A stretch of DNA of 64,000 nucleotides from Candidatus Saccharimonadota bacterium (GTDB lineage Bacteria; Patescibacteriota; Saccharimonadia; UBA4664). Positions within the stretch are counted from its first letter, which is position 1. The number at the start of each line of letters is the position of its first letter. Under the pieces are notes generated by a model. It was not told the origin of the DNA. It worked only from the letters and a program-made list of their open reading frames with translations, and made no database searches. The position numbers and the translations under genes were made by a program. The stretch covers positions 19,120 through 83,119 of the forward strand of contig JACAFG010000002.1 in the NCBI GenBank assembly GCA_019352195.1, written 5' to 3'. Shown here piece after piece: positions 57,378 through 64,000 of the stretch.

Positions 57378-59231
57378 ATGGATCGCACCCAGCGACAACA
57401 TGAACTTGAACTCGCGCGTGAGCACTTAGCTGGAGTGGCCGAGCGAACACACGCGACGCTAAAACGGCGCGAGAGTGCACGGATGCGCGATCTGGAGGCA
57501 TATCAACTCATTGAGGGCGACACAGAGTATGAGGACCGCGAGCGGGCCAAGGTGGTGCGCCGATTGACGGAGCAAATTATTGATCAGCTGCAAAATCTCA
57601 CTGAGTCACCCTACTTTGCGCGCTGTGATTTGCGGTTCGACGATGAGCCGTTACGGCCGTACTACTTTGGCAAGTACGCCAATGCCGACGAAGCCATCTA
57701 TAGCTGGACATCGCCGCTGGCGACATTGCGGTTTGCCGAACCGGGCGACGTATCTTACCAAACTCCGCAGCTGGGGATCCGCGATGGCGTTTTGGAACGT
57801 AAGGATCAGTTTCTTATCGCCCAAAGCAAGCTGGTATTTATGGCCACCGAAGCGAGAGGGATGGAGCGACAGCTGATTCACCAGGAGCATCTAACCAACC
57901 GTAAAACCGGTTTTGTGCTGCCCGAAATTGTGGCGCAAATGGAGGCGGCGCAAGATAAGGTAATTCGTACGCATCATGTCGGGCCCTTGGTAATTAGCGG
58001 GCCGGCCGGATCGGGGAAAACCACCTTGGCATTGCACCGCATTGCGTACTTGTGCCAATCGACTGACCTTGCCCAAATTTTTAAACCAGCCAGTATTATC
58101 GTGTTTGTAAACGATTTCCTGACACAGGATTATTTCTCCCATTTGTTACCAGAACTCGGTATTAATGACGTCACCATTACGACCTTTCCGGTGTGGGCGA
58201 TTGCGCAGCTTGAACTGCGACAGTATTTTTACCGGTTACGTCCCGGTGCAACCGAGGCTGACCGCGACGAATATGAATGGGCTAAGCAGCGTGCTTTGGT
58301 TGAGGTTATGGCCGAATACGATGAGCGCCGGATACCAGAAATCCTCACGACAGCCTATGCGCCGTTTTTATCGCCGCGACAGCGCACACGGCTCGAGCAA
58401 GAACTTGATGACGGCGCGCTTGACCGTACTGATTTAACATTTTTGTTGAAGGCTAAGACATATCGTGATGACGGCCTAAAACGTAAATTAGAGCACCACA
58501 CTTTTTATCCCAAGGGCCGGGTTAAGACGCGCATTGAGTACAAACCGCTCACGTACTCGCTGATTTTGGTGGATGAATTTCAAAATTATTCCGCGGCGCA
58601 ACTTGAGCTGTTAGGCAGCACCGCTAGTCCGAGCACTGAAGCAGTTTTGTACGTGGGTGATATTGCTCAGCGTACCAACCTCGGAGCTATGACTGACTGG
58701 TCGGAAATTGGCGTAACTATGCCGCCCGAGCGTCTCATTCGGCTCGGTAAGGTGTATCGTAACCCCCGCCGGGTTTTGGAATATTTGCAGGAACTCGGAT
58801 ATGACGCTGCCATTCCCGATGGGGTAGAGCCGGGCGAGCGTGTAGGCGAGCACGATAATTTTGATACCAATCAAAACATCGCGTTTATTGCGGCGATGCC
58901 AAACATTGCGGGCACTATTGGCATCTTGGCGCGTGATGATGATGAACTTGAAGCGTACCGACAAGCCTTTGCTGGCCGTGATGAGATTAAGTGTCTCACC
59001 ATTCGCGAGGCACAGGGGGTGGAGTTTGATACGGTCTGCCTGGTAGGCCTGCGACCCTCAACATTTGCGCAAGCTGTCGGTGAGCCACATCTTATTGAGC
59101 AGCAGCGCCGGATTAATCGTGATTTGTTGTATGTGGCGTTAACGCGGCCGATTGTGGCTTTGCATATTTTTGCTCTTGGCATTGCGCGTGAGATCTTGCG
59201 CGCAGTAGTGGAGCGCGGCGCTACCGGGTAA
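57378..59231 (+). CDS. HelD-like superfamily 1 ATPase
   Basis: [40 protein letters not shown] and LYVALTR motifs. Confidence 0.85.
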   Translation: MDRTQRQHELELAREHLAGVAERTHATLKRRESARMRDLEAYQLIEGDTEYEDRERAKVVRRLTEQIIDQLQNLTESPYFARCDLRFDDEPLRPYYFGKYANADEAIYSWTSPLATLRFAEPGDVSYQTPQLGIRDGVLERKDQFLIAQSKLVFMATEARGMERQLIHQEHLTNRKTGFVLPEIVAQMEAAQDKVIRTHHVGPLVISGPAGSGKTTLALHRIAYLCQSTDLAQIFKPASIIVFVNDFLTQDYFSHLLPELGINDVTITTFPVWAIAQLELRQYFYRLRPGATEADRDEYEWAKQRALVEVMAEYDERRIPEILTTAYAPFLSPRQRTRLEQELDDGALDRTDLTFLLKAKTYRDDGLKRKLEHHTFYPKGRVKTRIEYKPLTYSLILVDEFQNYSAAQLELLGSTASPSTEAVLYVGDIAQRTNLGAMTDWSEIGVTMPPERLIRLGKVYRNPRRVLEYLQELGYDAAIPDGVEPGERVGEHDNFDTNQNIAFIAAMPNIAGTIGILARDDDELEAYRQAFAGRDEIKCLTIREAQGVEFDTVCLVGLRPSTFAQAVGEPHLIEQQRRINRDLLYVALTRPIVALHIFALGIAREILRAVVERGATG

Positions 59232-59279
59232 TCTTTTAGTCAGCGCGATGTTGGCTCGATCGCAGTATAATAAGATGCA

Positions 59280-59480
59280 TTGGAGCAAGTGATGCTAGAA
59301 ATTCTACCAGTAGCAGTGGCGTTGATTGGTTTAATGTTTTGGGCGTGGATGCTGTGGGAGTTTGCCCACAGCGAAGCGGTGCCACCGAGCCAACGGTTTA
59401 TCTGGATCGTGGGATTTATTTTGTTTAGTGTCCCGGTAGCGCTTTATTACTACTTAACCATCTACCGAGAGCAGAACTAG
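59280..59480 (+). CDS. PLDc_N-like small membrane protein
   Basis: FWAWMLW...RFIWIV...ALYYY. Confidence 0.6.
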   Translation: MEQVMLEILPVAVALIGLMFWAWMLWEFAHSEAVPPSQRFIWIVGFILFSVPVALYYYLTIYREQN

Positions 59481-59501
59481 CAGTATCAAATCACCCTCCA
59501 G

Positions 59502-59553
59502 TTGACAGTACGGTTTTTGTTCACTAAGCTGTAAATATCGAACGTAAACCGAA
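59502..59553 (+). promoter_or_regulatory. recA promoter with putative LexA direct-repeat operator
   Basis: TTGACA-N17-TAAGCT; TCGAA-N6-CCGAA at 59538-59553. Confidence 0.6.
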
Positions 59554-59606
59554 CAAATCGGTGACGGCCGACTCAGATTAGATGAATAAGATAGGGATCA
59601 GGTACA

Positions 59607-60686
59607 ATGGCTGTAGCAACAGTGGAGACAAACGTGGAAGACAAGACAGCGAAGCCGGCTAAAGCAGCCGCCGAAGATAAGAAAGTGCAATCTGAGCGAG
59701 CCGAGCGCCTTAAAGCGATCGATTTAGCGGTATCCCAGATCGAAAAGCAGTTTGGTAGCGGCTCAATTATGAAGTTGGGTGATAGCCATAAAATGGATGT
59801 CGCTACTATTCCAACCGGATCGCTTTCGCTCGATTTGGCACTCGGCGGCGGTATCCCTCAGGGTCGCATTGTCGAAATTTATGGGCCAGAGTCGAGCGGT
59901 AAAACTACGTTGGCGCTTCATGCCGTGGCCGAAGTCCAAAAGCGCGGTGGCGTGGCTGCTTTCGTAGACGCTGAGCACGCGCTGGATCCCGAATATGCCA
60001 AGCGAATCGGGGTAAGTCTCGATGACCTGTTGATTTCACAGCCTGATACAGGTGAGCAGGCGCTGGAAATCACCGAAACGCTCGTACGTTCAAGCGCGGT
60101 TGATATTGTGATCGTCGACTCGGTGGCCGCACTCGTGCCGCGTGCGGAAATTGATGGGGAAATGGGAGATTCACACATGGGTCTCCAGGCTCGCCTTATG
60201 AGTCAGGCACTGCGCAAACTAACGGGCGTGGTGTCAAAAAGCAACTGTACGGTCATCTTTATCAACCAGCTGCGGATGAAAATTGGTGTCATGTTTGGCA
60301 ACCCAGAAGTAACGGCTGGCGGCAACGCCCTCAAGTACTACGCGTCGGTTCGTATGGATATTCGTGGTACCGAGCAAATTAAAGATGGTGACGTCTCAAT
60401 TGGTAAGCACGTTAAAGTTAAGATTGTTAAAAACAAGATTGCGGCGCCGTTTAAGATTGCTGAGTTTGACCTCATGTTTAATGAAGGCATTTCTACTTCC
60501 GGTGACGTACTCGATTTGGCCGTAAAGTTTGCGCTCGTAGAAAAAGCGGGTGCATGGTACTCGTATAACGGCGATAAGATCGGTCAAGGTCGTGAGGCTG
60601 CCAAGCAGTATCTTAAAGATCACCAAGAGATTATTGCTACGCTTGATGCCAAAATTCGCGAACTGGCCAACCAAGAAGCTGCTTAA
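59607..60686 (+). CDS. recA: recombinase RecA
   Basis: [15 protein letters not shown] and [12 protein letters not shown] motifs. Confidence 0.99.
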   Translation: MAVATVETNVEDKTAKPAKAAAEDKKVQSERAERLKAIDLAVSQIEKQFGSGSIMKLGDSHKMDVATIPTGSLSLDLALGGGIPQGRIVEIYGPESSGKTTLALHAVAEVQKRGGVAAFVDAEHALDPEYAKRIGVSLDDLLISQPDTGEQALEITETLVRSSAVDIVIVDSVAALVPRAEIDGEMGDSHMGLQARLMSQALRKLTGVVSKSNCTVIFINQLRMKIGVMFGNPEVTAGGNALKYYASVRMDIRGTEQIKDGDVSIGKHVKVKIVKNKIAAPFKIAEFDLMFNEGISTSGDVLDLAVKFALVEKAGAWYSYNGDKIGQGREAAKQYLKDHQEIIATLDAKIRELANQEAA

Positions 60687-60692
60687 GCTGCC

Positions 60693-61298
60693 ATGCCGGT
60701 AGTAACGACAATTACGCGGCAGAAAAAACGTGATACTCGCTATTCGATAAAGATTGATGGCGAGTATTCGTTCTCATTATCCGATCTCGATCTGAGTAAT
60801 AGTAGCCTGCGGGTCGGCACGCAACTTAGTGACGCAGAAGTGGTGGATTGGCAGCGCCGGTCGGGGGACAGTATGGCCTATGATCTGGCACTGCGATATA
60901 TCAGCATCAGGCGCCGGAGCACGGCTGAAATTGAGCGCTATCTGATACGCAAAGAATATGATGAGTCCGTCATTCGCGACATTATTTCGCGTCTCACTGA
61001 GATTGGATTGCTCGATGATGAGGACTTCGCGGCGGCTTGGATTAGAGACCGACAATTATTGCGTCCGCGCAGTGTGCAGGCGTTGAAATTTGAGCTAATG
61101 AGGTTGGGTTTGAGCCGTGACGTCATTGATTCCGCTCTGGCGAAAACTGGCGGTGATGAAATCGAAGTCGTCGCCAAACTTATTGAGCGTCGCCAGCGCC
61201 AATATCCCGAGCGAGAAAAACTCATGGCCTATCTAGCGCGACAGGGATTTCGCTACGACCAAATTAAATTGGCGTTCGAACGGATTAGTGAGCAGTAA
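60693..61298 (+). CDS. recX: regulatory protein RecX
   Basis: Follows recA; RRRS..E, LLDDEDFA and YLARQGF motifs. Confidence 0.9.
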   Translation: MPVVTTITRQKKRDTRYSIKIDGEYSFSLSDLDLSNSSLRVGTQLSDAEVVDWQRRSGDSMAYDLALRYISIRRRSTAEIERYLIRKEYDESVIRDIISRLTEIGLLDDEDFAAAWIRDRQLLRPRSVQALKFELMRLGLSRDVIDSALAKTGGDEIEVVAKLIERRQRQYPEREKLMAYLARQGFRYDQIKLAFERISEQ

Positions 61299-61399
61299 CC
61301 AGGCGAAATGCCAAAATAAATGCTACGGCCCAAAGTAAAATTACAAACACAATACACCCTCTTATCTGTAGACAAGTGTAGCTTAAGTGGAATGCCAGA

Positions 61400-61924
61400 T
61401 CAACTAGATTCGTGGGCGCCGGCTTCAACAATGCTCGGAACTCCGAGGTAGGTATCGCTAACGATAATACGTGTTGGAGCAACATCGATGATTTGAGTTC
61501 GGTCAATAATGAGGCTTGAGCTGTACCAGGCGCGTAAGAACGGCGGCTTAACGTAGACTTTTTGAATGTCTTCGCTATCGAGATTGATGGTGTACTCTTC
61601 GACGGTTCCCAAATGATGACCTGATTCGGTTTGAACATGACTGCCGCTAGGATTGTAGGCCTCTTTGAGCAGTGGTTTAAACCGGACCACATCATCGGGC
61701 TCACTGAGCTCGTCGTCATCATTGACAATAATACAGTCGGTGGCTAGCTGCCTGACGCTCGTCATTACGAGTAGGGTACGGGGACTTCGTCCCGCGTCCA
61801 GCTGAAAACCCACCAAACGAAGCCGCCCAGAGTCAATAACAAGGCTCGAGACGGTAGCAATAGTTTCGCCGGTTTGCAGACTGATGACCGGCAAAGCGGT
61901 TAGATGACTGGCAAGAACAAACAT
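61400..61924 (-). CDS. PRC-barrel domain protein
   Basis: LPVISLQTG..., V.TESG..LG.VEEY and LII.RTQI.DV motifs. Confidence 0.7.
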   Translation of the reverse strand: MFVLASHLTALPVISLQTGETIATVSSLVIDSGRLRLVGFQLDAGRSPRTLLVMTSVRQLATDCIIVNDDDELSEPDDVVRFKPLLKEAYNPSGSHVQTESGHHLGTVEEYTINLDSEDIQKVYVKPPFLRAWYSSSLIIDRTQIIDVAPTRIIVSDTYLGVPSIVEAGAHESS

Positions 61925-61998
61925 AAGGCTATTGTAGCGCCTCACCTGATTGACCAACAAGCCAAAATCACCTATAATTGGCAAGTTTACAACCATTA

Positions 61999-62072
61999 AC
62001 CTTTTTGCGCTGCGCCTTAGGCGCACCGTAACACCTCTGCCAAACACAGAGGGTTTCCATAGAAAGGAAGCG
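61999..62072 (+). promoter_or_regulatory. rpsF leader (S6:S18 autoregulatory-type structure)
   Basis: CCTTTTTGC, hairpin TGCGCC/GGCGCA, CCG, then AGAAAGG able to pair over the RBS; promoter TTGACC-N17-TATAAT at 61950-61978. Confidence 0.55.
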
Positions 62073-62435
62073 ATGCAACCTACATACGAGCTCATGGTGC
62101 TCTTGCATCCCGATCTGGAGATTGACGTCGAAACGCCAATTAAGAAGATCGAGGGTCTGGTTGAAGCTGCTGGTGGCAAAATCACCAAACGCGACAACTG
62201 GGGCAAGAAACGCCTGGCCTATCGCATTAAACGGCAAGATTTTGCTGTGTACGTCTACTTCGAAGTGAAGATAGACCCGTCTAACGTCCGCGAACTTGAG
62301 AACACGGTTTTAATTACAGAGGAAGTGCTACGTCACATTCTGGTAGTTCATGAAGAGAATGAAAATCGTATCCCACGTCGCGACAGTGAAGACAAGAAAC
62401 CGTCCGAGACACCAGTTATCGAGGGGAGAAAGTAA
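62073..62435 (+). CDS. rpsF: 30S ribosomal protein S6
   Basis: YELMVLLHPD and WGKKRLAYRI motifs. Confidence 0.96.
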   Translation: MQPTYELMVLLHPDLEIDVETPIKKIEGLVEAAGGKITKRDNWGKKRLAYRIKRQDFAVYVYFEVKIDPSNVRELENTVLITEEVLRHILVVHEENENRIPRRDSEDKKPSETPVIEGRK

Positions 62436-62437
62436 GA

Positions 62438-62902
62438 GTGGCAAAAAGCTTTAACCAAGCAATCATAATGGGTAATCTAACGCGTGATCCAGAACTGCGA
62501 TCGACGCCGGGCGGCCAGCAAGTAGCATCTTTTTCGGTGGCTACTAATAGGGTCTGGAATGATCCGAGCGGCGAACGTAAAGAAGCGGTTGAATATCACG
62601 AGATTGTAGCTTGGGGAAAGCTTGGTGAGCTGGCAGCTCAATACCTGGCCAAAGGCCGCAAGGTCATGGTTATTGGCCGGCTGCAGACCCGCCAATGGGA
62701 CGCGCAAGACGGCTCTAAACGTCAGCGAACTGAAATTGTTGCCACCGACGTTAACTTCTTAGATGCCCGAGGCGAAGCTGGCGCTCAGTCAGCTGCTCCG
62801 GCTCCTGCGCAGCGTTCAAATAACTCGCCGAAGAGTGATGATGTGGTAATTTCGGATCTTGATTCTGATTCCTCGATTAATCTCGACGACATCCCGTTTT
62901 AA
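62438..62902 (+). CDS. ssb: single-stranded DNA-binding protein
   Basis: GNLTRDPELR and C-terminal DDIPF. Confidence 0.97.
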   Translation: MAKSFNQAIIMGNLTRDPELRSTPGGQQVASFSVATNRVWNDPSGERKEAVEYHEIVAWGKLGELAAQYLAKGRKVMVIGRLQTRQWDAQDGSKRQRTEIVATDVNFLDARGEAGAQSAAPAPAQRSNNSPKSDDVVISDLDSDSSINLDDIPF

Positions 62903-63100
62903 CGTAATTGTCTGAATGCTCGGGTTCACCTGAATCTGCGCTTCGCATACTACATACGTACCGTACGCCTTACTCCGATTCAATTCATCCTGCTAAAGCA
63001 TCGCTCAGCCAATCACTGAACCTTTGGACTTGAGATAATGTCCTGAACTCGTTAACAGCGGATAAAAATCCGTCACAATAAACTAAATGAGAGATTTAAA

Positions 63101-63319
63101 ATGGCTAATTTTTACTCAAAGAAAGTCTGCCGCTTTTGTGCAGAGAAGATCGATCACGTCGACTACAAAGATGTGAAGCTGTTGCAGCGTTTTCTTTCTA
63201 GCTACGGCAAGATTGAAACGCGCAAGCGCACTGGAAACTGCCTGCGCCATCAGCGCCGGGTTGCGATTGCCCTCAAGCGTGCCCGCCACATCGCTTTGCT
63301 GCCGTTCTTAGTACGCTAA
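63101..63319 (+). CDS. rpsR: 30S ribosomal protein S18
   Basis: CRFC, DYKD, RTGNC..HQR and ARHIALLP motifs. Confidence 0.97.
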   Translation: MANFYSKKVCRFCAEKIDHVDYKDVKLLQRFLSSYGKIETRKRTGNCLRHQRRVAIALKRARHIALLPFLVR

Positions 63320-63521
63320 ACGGCGTAATGCGGCGATGGAGCTTATAATCCTTCTTCACGGCATGAATCTGTGCGGCTCATTCTCAGCTTAACCGCCACT
63401 TGGTATTGTAGGAGTGGAGCGTACTCAGCAATTACTTAAGGGTCAGTGAATGAGAGATGCCTCCGGCCGTAATTGGCCGTTTGGGCTATCCCATACCGCC
63501 TGATAATATAAGGAAAACCCC

Positions 63522-64000
63522 ATGATTCTCGGTCATACCGAAGTAAAAGTTGGCGTTCTCATCGAGCTCGATGGGGTGCCTTATCGCGTCACCGAATCCA
63601 CTCACAAAGCGTTGGGTCGGGGTGGCGCGGTCGTGCAGGCAAAAATTAAGAACCTTATAACCGGCAATGTGGTGGAAAAATCATTTCGTACGGCCGACAA
63701 AGTGAGCACCGCCGAAGTTAACCGTAGTAATATGCAGCTGCTGTACCGTGATGGCGCCAACTTGGTACTTATGAACACCGAGACCTATGATCAAGACACC
63801 GTTGCCGAGGACACTTTGGGTGATCAGGCTAAATATGTCGCCGATAGCGCCATTGTGCAGATAGTGGAGTTTAACGGCCGAGTCATAGGTATGGAGATGC
63901 CTAACGCCGTGGTGCTCAAGGTCGTTGCGACTGAGCCGGGCGTAAAAGGCGATACCGCTACGACGGCCCTTAAGCCGGCTACTCTCGAAACCGGCGTAAT
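63522..64000 (+). CDS. efp: elongation factor P (runs off the window end)
   Basis: Manual translation MILGHTEVKVG...HKALGRGGAVVQAKIKNLITG...EPGVKGDTAT.ALKPATLETG. Confidence 0.93.
   Translation, partial: MILGHTEVKVGVLIELDGVPYRVTESTHKALGRGGAVVQAKIKNLITGNVVEKSFRTADKVSTAEVNRSNMQLLYRDGANLVLMNTETYDQDTVAEDTLGDQAKYVADSAIVQIVEFNGRVIGMEMPNAVVLKVVATEPGVKGDTATTALKPATLETGV

Noticed and set aside
1-64000. CRISPR array, prophage, transposase or integrase
   Set aside because: No regularly spaced repeats or hallmark proteins were seen.

Overview
Chromosomal window from a small-genome bacterium using genetic code 11. Gene content and order (rpsO...pnp-rnj-ftsK, rpsF-ssb-rpsR-efp, degenerate DHH protein next to truB, S20 with a Lys/Ala tail) suggest Patescibacteria, probably Saccharimonadia; this is an inference. 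Core genes include femX-like, murE, cmk, pgm, groES/groEL with CIRCE, pgi/pmi, tRNA-Ser, msrB, dnaG, rpoD, purF, polA, mutM, holA, rpsT, truB, rpsO, pnp, rnj, ftsK, yajQ, recA/recX, rpsF/ssb/rpsR and efp. They are interspersed with ORFan cassettes, a vapBC pair, a decayed zeta-toxin islet and several broken accessory genes. The standout feature is a 1.9-kb stretch after groEL (8866-10742) with no credible ORF. It resolves into two tandem, separately promoted and terminated, densely base-paired transcription units of about 1020 and 770 nt. They share a 5' architecture (TACTGT-N6-CATC, short hairpin, boxA-like TTTGACAC, long-range closing helix) and are followed by a PD-(D/E)XK-like nuclease gene. 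They are candidate novel large ncRNAs. Further structured intergenic elements and a dispersed repeat motif are also noted. All calls come from reading motifs by eye; no searches or folding computations were run.
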